A DNA stretch of 64,000 bases from Callorhinchus milii (Eukaryota): contig NW_024704742.1 of assembly GCF_018977255.1 (NCBI RefSeq), forward strand, positions 114,950,001-115,014,000, read 5' to 3'. The position numbers were made by a program, and so were the translations under genes. Position 1 is the first letter of the stretch. Each line of letters begins with the position of its first letter. A model generated the notes under the pieces. That model ran no database searches, was not told where the DNA came from, and saw nothing but the letters and a program-made list of their open reading frames with translations. Below, in pieces: positions 1-11,295 of this stretch.

Positions 1-360
1 CCTTCCCTACCTCTCTGGCCTGCTAACCCAATATCAACCCGTCCACTCCCTCTGCTCAGCAGCCACTGGCCTTGTCCATGTCCCCAGCCCGGACCGCCCC
101 ACCTTCGGCGGTCAGGCCTTTAGCCTTTCTGCCCCTGCCCTAAAAAAAATTCCACATTCCCTTTGCCTCAATCCCTCGCTTGCCTCCTTCAAGGCACGTC
201 TCAAACCCTCCTCTTCGACCATGCCTTCAATCACCCTCTTACCCTCCCTGCCCTCCACCTTCCCCGATCCCGACCCCCAGCTCCAATCCAAGTGCCTGAC
301 TGTCCAGCGACTTGGGACGTCCTCCCGACTTGAAAGGCTAATACAAATGTAACTTTCTGT
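1..360 (+). mobile_element. L2 3' end (similar short copies at about 1360-1700, 7255-7635 minus, 18540-18912, 24850-25105 and 43070-43387)
   Basis: Pyrimidine-rich L2 3' region followed by the gggacgtcctccc...gaaaggc...aaatgt tail. Confidence 0.8.
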
Positions 361-478
361 TATATGGTAGATGAGATAATAAATAGATTTACACCAACCA
401 TCATGCGCCATTTCTAAGCTTTCCTTTTGCCGTTACCAGCCAGCACCAAGACTGTGTTTAGGAATCACGTGTACTCAC

Positions 479-598
479 CACAGCTCTTGCCTTGAACGCC
501 TCATCTGCAACCTTTCCTTGCCTTGCCGACTTCCTCCGTTTATTTTTGAGCTCATCCTGTTCCACTACTGCTCGCTTTTTCCTCTCAGAGTTCGGTGC
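479..598 (-). CDS. MSH3: MSH3 coding exon 2 (gene continues beyond left edge)
   Basis: Minus strand cag|GCACCG...GCTGTG|gtgagt. The 120 nt read APNSERKKRAVVEQDELKNKRRKSARQGKVADEAFKARAV, a basic RKKR..KRRK segment like vertebrate MSH3 exon 2. The phase-0 start matches exon 1. Confidence 0.75.
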
Positions 599-2884
599 CT
601 GCACGACAGGAGTTTTTATTTATCACAACCAGGAAGCCAATCAACCCAGACCTTCTGCCGTTGTTCCGTCCACACCAACCTTTCAAACTGTAATTTTATA
701 ATAATAATCATCCTTGCATTTGGTATAGTGCCTTTCACTTCATTGCGACATTTCAAAGCGCTCAGAAAAGTGGTGTGACTGCGTGGATTTTGACATGAAG
801 ATGGGTTTCGGTTTAACGTCTCATTCTGAGGACAGTACTTCCGACAACACAGCACTCCTCCAGCACGACATTGGAGCGTTAGACAAAACTAAATGGGTTC
901 CAAGTCCCAACTGTCTGGCTCAAAGGCAAGCATGCTACCAACTGAGACAGGCTGACAACTTCAATTTGATCACAACGTCAAATTTTTAAATGCAACAACT
1001 GCAACATTTTGTCACGCAGGCGCAAGCAGCTCTGCTGACATACTCACCTCTCCAGAAGCAAAGTGGCCAACATTGGCAATCATTTTGCCAACAAAATATA
1101 CACTCAATCCACTTAAAAGTATATTCTGTGAAGCGTTTTGAGGCATCTGAGCGACTAGATAAGGCACTATATCAAATGCAAGGATTATTAATTATTATTA
1201 TTGCTATTATTAAACAGACTGTAACTGCACAATTTCAGTCTCCTGAAACCTGACCCAATTTCCAAGGCAACATCGGGTATATTAGCGATATCTCTCTGGG
1301 ACTGAACTGGATCCAAGAAGAAATGATTGACATCACCAAGCAGTCGCACAGGAGTCCGAAGCACTGTCTACCTTTCCGACCTGCTTACCCCCAACCCACA
1401 ACCCGCAGCCTCCGCTCGACTGGCTCCAGCCTCTGCACATCCCTCATGCCTTCCAATCCACCATCAGTGGCCCACTTTCAGCCACTATGCCCTGAAACTC
1501 TGGAACTCTCTTTATCTATACCTCCGCCTTGCCCCTTCCTTCTCCATTTTCAGGTCACGCCTGAAGACTTTCCTATTCGACCGTGCCTACGGTCACCTCC
1601 CCCTCCCCCCCTCAGCTCGGAGTCGTGCTCCGCCACTGTCAAGTGCTCTGGGATGCTACCCTGCACGAGAGGCGCTATATAAATGCAAGTTGCTGTTGTG
1701 GATTTAACAGTCTGTCTGGCTCTTTGCTAAGACTTGAAGGTGTAGACAAGTCCTCAACGTTTGCTTCATAATAGGGTGATCCATGTAGCCTACATCACCA
1801 CTGATTTAGAGTGGTAAGATGCACCACGACCACTTTGGTGATGACAAAGTGTGTCATATATAATGCACTTATGCAGCCAAGTCAAACCAATGGTTGATTA
1901 TTTTTATGCTCTTCGCAAAGATCAACATTGCACCCATTCTTACACATTACACAACAAATGGTTCAAATAAGAGCAACTGTTTAAACCTGCACTCGTATTC
2001 GCAGTATGTGAGCTCCACCATTGAGAGACAGATGGTGAGCAAGAAGAATGCTCTACTGAGCAACTTTATGAAATGCAGCATCTTTTACTGTCAGAAACCA
2101 CACTAGTGAACCACACACCATGTAAGATATCACAGAAATCAACAGCAATAAACATAACCCAAAAGAGGGGTCAGTTATACCATGCGATTATTTAGTTTTC
2201 TCAAATTGCCTTTTTATTCCTTGGCTCCATCTATTGGATCCAAATATGCACAAGACAAGCAATTATGCTACTGTGAGATTCATACAAAAATTCACCAACA
2301 AAACTGCACTTTACAGTATATCCTGTGAAGCGTTTGCACATCCTCCCGATGTGAAAGGCGCTATGTATAAATAATAATAATTCTTGCATTTGATATAGTG
2401 TCTTAACACATCTTTGAGACGTCTCAGAGCACTTCAAATGGAAAGAACATTATTATTATAAGCCGTAAATTCTTCTGCTGCTAGAAACATCAAGTTGCAC
2501 AGCTAAGAAGGCCAAGGGATGTCTGACAGAGCTCTTTAAGATCATGAAGGTTAAGAATAGAGGAAATAGTCATTTCAACAAATCATTTCCACTGGAGAGC
2601 AAATCAGCGACGAGAGATCATTCATTTAAAAGGATCACAAAAAGAATTACGAGAGGCTAGAAAAAAGGTTGTGCAGTTACCATTGAGGATTATGTTACAC
2701 AATGTGAACCTGACCCATGAAGATTGAAAGGATCCCACGTTTAATCCCTGGTCTGTGTTGGGTTATCTGATCTCAGACAAAGGTACCAGTTTCTCTTAGC
2801 ATTTCTGCAATTGCCCCCCCAACTTGCTGCAGATTCCTAATCAGTGATCCCTGCTGGAGAAATGCAGATTTGCTGAGACTGTAT

Positions 2885-3657
2885 CAGGACAGGACAGGGC
2901 AGGGCAGGACAGGGCAGGGCAGGGGGCAGGGCAGGGGGCAGGGCAGGGCAGAGGGCAGGGCAGGGCAGGGGGCAGGGCAGGGCAGAGGGCAGGACAGGGG
3001 GCAGGGCAGGGGGGAGGGCAGGGGGCAGGGCAGGGGGCAGGGCAGGGGGCAGGGCAGAGGGCAGGGCAGGGGGCAGGGCAGGGGAGGGGGCAGGGCAGAG
3101 GGCAGGGCAGGGGGCAGGGCAGGGGGCAGGGCAGGGGGCAGGGCAGGGGGCAGGGCAGAGGGGAGGGCAGAGGGCAGGGCAGGGGGGAGGGCAGGGGGCA
3201 GGGCAGGGGGCAGGGCAGAGGGGAGGGCAGGGGGCAGGGCAGGGCAGGGGGCAGGGCAGGGGGCAGGGCAGAGGGCAGGGCAGAGGGCAGGGCAGGGGGC
3301 AGGGCAGGGGGCAGGGCAGAGGGGCAGGGCAGAGGGGAGGGCAGGGGGCAGGGCAGGGGAGGGGGCAGGGCAGGGGGCAGGGCAGAGGGGAGGGCAGAGG
3401 GGAGGGCAGGGGGCAGGGCAGGGGAGGGGGCAGGGCAGGGGGCAGGGCAGAGGGGAGGGCAGAGGGGAGGGCAGGGGGGAGGGCAGGGGGCAGGGCAGAG
3501 GGGAGGGCAGGGGGCAGGGCAGGGGAGGGGGCAGGGCAGGGGAGGGGGCAGGGGGCAGAGGGCAGGGGGCAGAGGGCAGGGGGCAGAGGGCAGGGGGCAG
3601 GGGGCAGAGGGCAGGGGGCAGAGGGCAGGGGGCGGGGCAGGGGGCAGGACAGGGCAG
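2885..3657 (+). repeat. G-rich simple tandem array built on GGGCA/GGGGGCA/GAGGGCA units in MSH3 intron 1
   Basis: About 770 bp almost entirely of GGGCA variants. Confidence 0.97.
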
Positions 3658-3793
3658 TTCGGCTGCTTTGAAAACAAAATGCTTTATAAGTAGAAACAGC
3701 AAAAAGCAGGAAGTGGGTCACCGGCAGAAACACAACACGGGGCAGAATCATCACTGAGCGACCATTTCCTCTTCCGAGAAAGCACGTGGCTCC

Positions 3794-3796
<3 letters not shown>

Positions 3797-3824
<28 letters not shown>
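3797..3824 (+). repeat. (TG)n microsatellite
   Basis: About 14 TG units. Confidence 0.95.
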
Positions 3825-3827
<3 letters not shown>

Positions 3828-4008
3828 CTCTCCCCCTCTGACAGCGCATCTCTCTGTGACAGTGCACAGATCGACATACGGTGCACAGCGTCCAGTGCGG
3901 AGCAGAACCCGAACCGAACCGCCCGCAGCCGCGGTGCTGAGAGCACATGCAATGACCCCCTGTGCCGCCGCCGCCGCCGCCCCGGCAGGGAAGCCCGCGG
4001 CCGCTGAC

Positions 4009-4122
4009 CTGCTGTGCTGCCGGTCTGTGTGCACCGGGGCCCTGCACCGCGCCGGCCAGAGGCTGGAAAAACTCGCTGAGCACAGCCCCGGGGCCGCTCG
4101 AGCCGCCGCCGCTCCGGGACAT
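4009..4122 (-). CDS. MSH3: MSH3 coding exon 1
   Basis: ATG at 4122 in a CpG island. MSRSGGGSSGPGAVLSEFFQPLAGAVQGPGAHRPAAQQ resembles the MSH3 N-terminus (MSR...AVLSRFFQ). Donor CAG|gtcagc. Head-to-head with DHFR as in other vertebrates. Confidence 0.85.
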
Positions 4123-4136
4123 CGTGGAGTCCCGGC

Positions 4137-4446
4137 TGACGTCACGCCGCAGCCCAAGCCCCGCCCCCTACCCCTCGCCCCGCCCCCTACCCCTCGCCCG
4201 CCCCTCTCCCCCGCCCCGCCCCCTCGCCCTCGCCCCGCCCCCTCCCCCGCCCCCTCTCCCCCGCCCCGCCCCCTCGTCCCGCCCCCTCGCCCTCGCCCCG
4301 CCCCCTCGTCCCGCCCCCTCGCCCCGCCCCCTACCCCTCGCCCCGCCCCTCTCCCCCCGCCCCCTCCGCCCCGCCCCCTCGCCCCGCCCCCTCGCCCCCG
4401 CCCCCTCTCGCCCCGCCCCCTCGCCCCGCCCCCGCCCCCTCCGCCC
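4137..4446 (-). promoter_or_regulatory. MSH3 proximal promoter: CRE palindrome plus tandem GC boxes
   Basis: TGACGTCA at 4137-4144; many CCCCGCCCC (Sp/KLF-type) units at 4158-4446; CpG island. Confidence 0.65.
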
Positions 4447-4477
4447 GGTGTCAATCTCTTAAAGCGACACCGCCCAT

Positions 4478-4793
4478 AATAATAATAATAATAATAATCC
4501 TTGCATTTGATATAGCGCTTTTCACGTCGTCCAAAGCGCTTCACAGAACACACTGTAAAGTGAATTGACCGTATATTTGTGGGCGAACGCGGCAGCCAAT
4601 TGCGCACAGCAATGTCCCACAAACAGTCGTAGATTAAATATGACCAATTTATTATTGTTGTTGGTTTGGGAGGGATTATTATTAGGTGTGTGGAGTAAGG
4701 AAACTTGCCCAAGGTTTCGCCCTCTGCCTGGAATTGAACTCAGGTCTCTCACTTGCAAAGCGAGTGCTCTAACCACTGAGCTACAGGACTCCA
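4478..4793 (-). mobile_element. Young tRNA(Ala)-derived SINE with Deu-like centre and L2-type tail
   Basis: Head ggagtcctgtagctcagtggttagagcactcgctttgcaag..gagttcaattcc (A and B boxes, TGC loop); gctgtgcgcaattggctgcc centre; (ATT)n tail. Confidence 0.92.
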
Positions 4794-5932
4794 CCTCTTA
4801 AAGCGCGTCCCCATCGCACCCGCTGCAACTCGCAAACCGAACCCCGCGGTCCCGAGACGGGTGACCCGCTCGTCCTTTCTGTCCGCCGGAATGCGCAGTC
4901 ACTCCACTCTACGGTGGTCCGGTAGTCTGGGGCTTGGAGACGCGTCGGCGACGCGGTAAAAGGCGCACCGTCAAACGCGAGGATTATAATCTCATCGTCT
5001 TCGTCATCGGCATCGTCTTCGTCGTCTCAAGAATTGACCTCTCCCGATGCGCTCCGCCAGAGGTCCACCCTTCACGAGCTCCAAATCATTCTGAATGCTG
5101 TAACCTGGACTGTGTCTCGCACGTACCTCTGCACGTGTGTCACTCACAGTTTGGCCTCCACTGACACCCAGTGACCCACCGAACCAACTTAAAATCCTCA
5201 ACCTGACCTTTAAATCCCTTCACGGTCTCGTCACTCCAACCGAATTCAATTTCTTCCGGCGCTCAGCCGTGATCTAATTAAATGGCAGAACAGGCTCAAA
5301 GGGCTGAATGGCCTAATCCTGTTCCTATCTTCCTAATCCCCCGCCTGTCACTAACATTTCCAGTCAATTCATATCTTGTTATCTTTAGGTTCAACAGCTA
5401 CAAGAATGCAAATAATGGATGAGAGAAATGGGCTGTTTCACTGGAACAGGGTACTTAAAAGAATCTGCCACTAACAACATTTATATTTTGTCGAAAACCT
5501 TTAAGTGCTCCAATGTGAAGGGTACAATGTAAATGCAAGTTGTTGTTGGATAATGTCTTGAAGTGCTTCACAGAGATGGAGTGGAATAGACACGCAGGAA
5601 ATTATTTTGGGGTTTTGCTACAGTAAATCGGGAAAAGCTGCTTCCATCCGGTCTTTGAATAACTAAAGGGCATAAATTTATTATTATAATACTTCCATTT
5701 GTTATAGCATCTCAAAGTGCTTCACAGGATTTACTTTGAAATGCAATAACTGTATTGTAGGCAAATGCACCAGAATAATTGAGCACAGCCATGTACCATA
5801 AACAGTCATGGAGTGAGTGGCCAATTTTATTTGGGGGATTTGTTGTTCATGACACTGGGAGAAATTCCCTTATCGAATAGTGCCATGAAATCTTTAACGT
5901 TCACCTGAATAGGTAAACGGAACCTTTTCTAG

Positions 5933-6255
5933 ATAATAATAATAATAATAATCCTTGCATTTGATATAGCGCTTTTCACATCGGGAGGACGTCTCAAAGC
6001 GCTTCACAGAATACACTGTGAAGTGAATTAACTGTATATTTGTGGGTGAAACACGGCAGCCAATTGTGCACAGCAGTGTCCCACAAACAGTCGTGGATTG
6101 AAGTGACCAATTTATTAGGTTTTTTTTGTTCTTGAGGGATTATTATCAGGCGTGTGGAGTAAATTAACTTGCCCAAGATTTTGCACTGCCAGGAATCAAA
6201 CCCAGGTCTCTCGCTTGTGAGGTAAGTGCTCTAACCACTGAGCTACAGGACTCCA
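5933..6255 (-). mobile_element. Young tRNA-derived SINE
   Basis: Full-length match to the 4478-4793 copy. Confidence 0.92.
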
Positions 6256-6741
6256 CAAGGGACTAACCTCGGTCTAACATCTCATCCAAAGGACGGCACC
6301 TCAGACGATGCAACGCACACTCAACACTGCATTGGAGTGTTGTCTTAGACTGTGTGAATTCAAGTCCCGACATAGGACTTGAACCCAAATCTTCTGCCCT
6401 GGAGACGAGTCCGGGCCATTCAAATCATTAGCCAAAAAAAAACGGTTCGGATCATTATTTTTACACAGTGGATTATTAGGATGTGGAATTCTCTACCAAG
6501 GAGAAGCAGCAGCTTTTAAAAGGACAAAAAAAATCTGCCAAGGAAACCTCAGGGAGGGAGTGGGACTAAACAGATAGACAGCTCTCTCATCCAATCAGCA
6601 TAGGCACAATGGTCGGAATGGCCTCCTCTGGTTCTATGATTATGCAACGATAGAAATGCAAATAAATTACGCGCATAAATAAATATTGGATCCAACGAGC
6701 GCGTTATAAAGAGAGATTCGGCTGAATTGCGAAGAGCACCA

Positions 6742-6926
6742 ACACACACACGCGCGCGCGCGCGGTCGGTACGTTTGGGGCTGTGGTGAGTTCCCCTTTA
6801 AGAGTGTGGTTGTGTGACGTCATTTTGGAGCGCTTTATTTCCCGCCAAGAGGTTCCCGCGCTGCACAGAGCAGCAGCCGCTGGACTCCGGGATCAGGGAC
6901 TCCGGGATCTGGGACTCCGGGATCAC
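6742..6926 (+). promoter_or_regulatory. DHFR proximal promoter/5' UTR with CRE and E2F site
   Basis: (AC)n(CG)7 at 6742-6764, TGACGTCA at 6815-6822, TTTCCCGCCAA E2F-type site at 6838-6848, and three 15-bp GGACTCCGGGATCNN units at 6882-6926. Confidence 0.7.
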
Positions 6927-6933
6927 TGATAAA

Positions 6934-7025
6934 ATGCCCCGAATGTTAAACTCGATCGTCGCTGTTTGCCCCAATATGGGGATCGGCAAAGACGGAAACC
7001 TGCCCTGGCATCCGAAAAGGCTGAA
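6934..7025 (+). CDS. DHFR: Dihydrofolate reductase exon 1
   Basis: MPRMLNSIVAVCPNMGIGKDGNLPWHPKRL(N); donor AA|gtaaag, phase 2. Confidence 0.96.
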
Positions 7026-7699
7026 GTAAAGTGGCGCTCGTCTGTCTGAGCTGTACCAGACTCCCCCCCCCACTGGCCCTCTGGTCACAGGGTATATCGG
7101 GGGTTTGACATACATCGCTTTTTTTTTTGCACCTCTCCGGGGCTGGTCTGTAAAATCAACTCCCGGCAGAGCTGGTGTCCTCTGGACTGTGTACAATGTT
7201 GACTCAACCTTAGCCAGTCCAGACTGGTTCGTTCAGTCATTGAACGTCCTGCACAACAACAGCTTGCATTTATATGGCGCCTGACGCGCGGGGTAGCGCT
7301 CGGAGCGCAGAGCTCCACGCCGAGCTGGGGAGAGGGCAGAGGTGACCCGTAGACGTGGTCTTTTCGATGTGACTTAAAAGACGAGGGAGGAAGGAGGAGG
7401 CAAAGGCGGAGGGATTGGGGAAGAGACTTCCACAGTTTCTAGGTGTAGTGGCTGAAAGCGTGTCCACCGATGATAGAGCGGAGGGACTAGGTACGTGCAG
7501 GACGCCAGAGCTGCCTAAAACGAAGCAGGCGTGTGGGAGTGAGAGGTGGAAGCAGGTTGGAGATATAGGGAGGTGCCTGGAGAGATTTGTACACACAAGT
7601 GTGAGGATCTTGATTTTGCACAGCATGCAGTGTAAAGGCCTCGAGAGTTTTTGCTGGTAATTTATTTTTCATTTCATTATTTTATCTTTTACATTTTAG

Positions 7700-7749
7700 C
7701 AAAGAATTCAAACATTTCCAAAGGATGACCTCTACACCATCAACAGAAG
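7700..7749 (+). CDS. DHFR: DHFR exon 2
   Basis: ttttag|C...G|gtaatg; 50 nt; (N)KEFKHFQRMTSTPSTE(G), including the catalytic Glu. Confidence 0.96.
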
Positions 7750-8009
7750 GTAATGGCAGCAGGTTAAATCAGTTGTATTCAACACTGTAACACCAAGTTG
7801 TTAATGACAATATTTGTACTGAGGTACAAAGTGCATTCTGTGTAACAACTGCTTAGGCAGCAAATTCAAACTAGATTAGAGTCCCTGAAGCATATAGTCT
7901 CAGTTGAGCATGGACTGGGGGGAGGGGTAATCTCAATTTATTGCCTGGGTGTTTTGTTCCACCTCCTCCTCTTACCTCAACCTCATAGTTCTGTCCATTC
8001 TGTCCTAAA

Positions 8010-9102
8010 TAGTTCAGATCCTACCTCTCACACTATCTCCACTTCATCTCCACAAACGGTTTCTCCTCCAGCCCCCTCACCATCTTGTGCGGTGTTCCTC
8101 AGGGCTCTGTCTGTGGTCCCCTTCTCATGATCCCTCTTGATGACATCATCCGCAGACATGGGGTCAATTTCCACATGTGTGTGGATGACACCCAACTATC
8201 TCTCTGCCTCCACCCTTGACTCCAGGATCACTGCTGTGCTGACAGAATGTCTGTCAGACATCACGTCCTGGATGAGAGTTGACTTTCTACAGTTAAACGT
8301 CAACAAGACCGAGGCCCTGCTGACTGCTTCCCGTCAGCTCAGGCACTGACAGCATCACCACCCATGGTTGCACACTCCACTTTACTAAGCCAGTCCGGAA
8401 CCTTGTTTAACCCTCAACTATCCTTTCTGCCCACTTCTGTGCCATGACTCGCCACCTCTGCAACATTGCCCGGCTCTGCCACTGTCACACCGCAGGCCAC
8501 CAGGTCCCTCATACACACATTGATAACATCCAGGCTAGACGATGCAAGCTCTCTGCTTGTTGGCCACCCTAACTCCTTCTCCATAAGCTGCAGATCATCC
8601 AGAACTTGTGTCCTCACCCACAGCAGGCTCCGTGAGCCTATTGCCCTCATCCTAGCCCAACTCCACTGATTTCCCATCACACAGAGGATGCAGTTCAAGA
8701 TCCTAGTCATCATCTTCAAAGCCCTCCATTGCCTTGCTGTCCCCTACCTCTGCGACCTCCTAACCCCCTACCAATTGGCCCGCTCCCTCCACTCAGCGGG
8801 CTCTCACCTGCTTCATGTCCCCCGCCTCGCCCACCCCACCATTGACGGATGAGTCTTCAGCCACTCTGCCCCCATCTCTGGAACTCCATCCCACAGTCTC
8901 TCCGCCTCACCGCCTCCCTTGCCTCCTTCAAGACCCATCTCAAAACCCTCCTCTTTGACCGTGGCTTCGATCACTCCTTCCCCCCCCTTGCCCTGCACCC
9001 TCCCCAATCCCGACCGCTAGCTCAGGTCCGAAACACTGATTGTTCAGCGCTTTGGGACGTCCTCCTGACGTGAAAGGCGCTATACAAATGTAATTCTGTT
9101 GT
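8010..9102 (+). mobile_element. Degraded L2 LINE 3' part
   Basis: Collinear with 26720-27930 and carries the same tail. Confidence 0.9.
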
Positions 9103-9442
9103 TAGCTTTTTTTAATTCAAGAGCAGTCTTTTTGGAACATTGTGCAGTTACACCCTTTCACCACTATGTGTCACTGTTGTGCTTTATGTACCTTTTGTCC
9201 AATGTTATGGTGACTTTCTGTAAAAATTGTTATTCCCATTTTAATAATAAATAATAATCCTTGCATTTGATATAGCGTTTTTCACGTCGGGAGGACGTCC
9301 CAAAGCACTTCACAGAATATACTGCAAAGTGAATTGACTGTATATTTTCTGCCTCTTATTGTCTCCTGGGGTTCTGACCCAGGCTCTGACTGGAAAGTAA
9401 GAAGACGGGATATTGTTGCTAAAATGAAGGATTTAAACTTCA

Positions 9443-9880
9443 GTCAGCCTGGCTCAGATGGTAGCACTCTCACCTCTTGAGTTGGAAGGTTGTAGATTCA
9501 AGCCTTGAGCCAGGACACAATTCAAACAACTTCTAAGCTAACATTGCACTGCTGTGCTGGGGGAGGTTGCATTATCAGAGGCGCTGTCCTTTAGAGGAGA
9601 CTTTAAATCAAGGACCTGTCTGCCTATTCATGTGGTTGTTATAGTTCCCATAGCACAAGTCAAAAAGCGAAGGGAGTTTCTCCAGGTGTCCTGGCCAACG
9701 ATACTCCATTTAAAATTGGTCACTTTATGTCTGTTGGTGGGACATTGTTGTGCATACATTGGCTCCTGCGTTCACCTACAAAATATACTACACGTATAGT
9801 GAAGTAAATCTTGTGAAGTGCTTTGAGATGTCCTCTTGATTTGAAATGTGCTCTATCAAATGCAAATATTATTATTAATA
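9443..9880 (+). mobile_element. Old DeuSINE-like element (further copies near 11500-11880-, 18075-18530+, 22930-23230-, 37208-37570+, 39240-39600-, 40050-40640+, 42060-42445- and 46500-46830-)
   Basis: Head gtcagcctggctcagatggtagcactctcacctc, centre gggagtttctcc.ggtgtcctggccaac, L2-type tail. Confidence 0.75.
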
Positions 9881-9997
9881 ATAACCCTGATCAACAGCAA
9901 TTTACAATTACATGGTGTAATCAGGAGGAAAGCATTACATAATTGCTGCCATATACCTTTGAGTTTTTTTTCAAAGAGGTGGGAGAAGTCATAGCAT

Positions 9998-10368
9998 GGT
10001 GTCCTATTGCGTAGTGTTTTTATCGCGATTGCCTGGCAAGCGAGAGGACCCAGGTTTAATTCCTGGGCAGGATGAAACCTTAGGCAAATTTCCTTACTGC
10101 TCACGCCTCCGTTTACCTAGCAGTGAGTAGGAAACTGGCTGTTAGTTGATTGTTGAATTGTTTTCCGGAGGTAATAATCCCTCTCTTTTTATAAAAAATG
10201 TTGGTCACTCAATCCACAACTTTATGGAATACTGCTGTTGGCAATTGGCTGCCATATTTTGGACACAAAATACAGTCAATCCACTTTACAATATATTCTG
10301 TGAAGCGCTTTGAGAAATCTGGACGGCGTGATAAGGCGCTATATCAAATGCAAGGATTATTATTATTA
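9998..10368 (+). mobile_element. Older, longer subfamily of the same SINE
   Basis: Same head and tail plus an extra ~63-bp gtttacctagcagt segment. Confidence 0.85.
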
Positions 10369-10402
10369 GCATGAGGTAGAAGATAAGCCAGTGGATCAAT
10401 AA

Positions 10403-10615
<213 letters not shown>

Positions 10616-10729
10616 TAAGTAATCTATCGATTATTTGTCAGACACTCACCAACCAATGTTAATACTATATTCCTATTGTTAGTGACCCTGAAACTGATAA
10701 ATGGAGAAGACCTCTCGTAATCTGTAGTA

Positions 10730-11050
10730 TGGAGTCCTGTAGGTCAGTGGTTAGAGCACTCGCCTTGCAAGCGAGACACCTGGGTTCAATTCCAGGCAGT
10801 TCAGGGCGAAACCTCAGGCAAGTTTCCTTACTCCACACGCCTAATAATAATCCCTCCAAAAAACAAAAACAATAATAAATTGGTCATTTTCAATCCACGA
10901 CTGCTTGTGGGACACTGCTGTGCGCAATTGGCTGCTGCGTTTCGCCCACAAATATACAGTCAATTCACTTTACAGCATATTCTGTGAAGCGCTTTGAGAC
11001 GTCTAGAAGATGTGAAAAGCGCTATATCAAATGCAAGGATTATTATTATT
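10730..11050 (+). mobile_element. Young tRNA-derived SINE
   Basis: Full-length copy. Confidence 0.92.
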
Positions 11051-11254
11051 TAACCACTCAATATGCTTAGCATGTGATCTGAACTACCAACTCCTCTCTA
11101 CAGTGCAGCGCTGTTTTAACTTGACTCTTTATAGTTCTGATTTGGTTATAATCTTGTTGTAGTGTAGACATCGTTCACTGCCCGTTGCAAACAGCTCACC
11201 TGCTTACCTCCTGGTTCTTACTCTAAAATAGCCGACTTCAGGTCATTACTGATA

Positions 11255-11295
11255 TCACTTCTGACGAAGGGTCGTGGACCCGAAACGTTGACTCA
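11255..11295 (+). ncRNA. Minimal type I hammerhead-ribozyme-like motif within a Penelope-type repeat relic (about 11150-11362)
   Basis: CTGACGA-A-GGGTC-gtg-GACCC-GAAACGTT: catalytic core, 5-bp stem II and palindromic stem III. Stem I is imperfect. Confidence 0.6.

Noticed and set aside
3751..4008. Extension of MSH3 exon 1 through the GCC and TG repeats
   Set aside because: A phase-compatible donor exists at 4008, and the extension is low-complexity with no MSH3 similarity.
2837..4712. Long Pro/Cys/Ala- or Gly/Arg-rich ORFs on both strands
   Set aside because: Translations of stop-free simple repeats; only 4009-4122 is supported as coding.
4720..4793. tRNA-Ala gene (and the same sequence in other copies)
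   Set aside because: SINE head followed by SINE body and tail; acceptor stem does not pair properly.
4455..4806. ctcttaaagcg on both sides of the SINE as a TSD
   Set aside because: The left copy is about 10 nt away from the SINE tail, so it is not a clean TSD.
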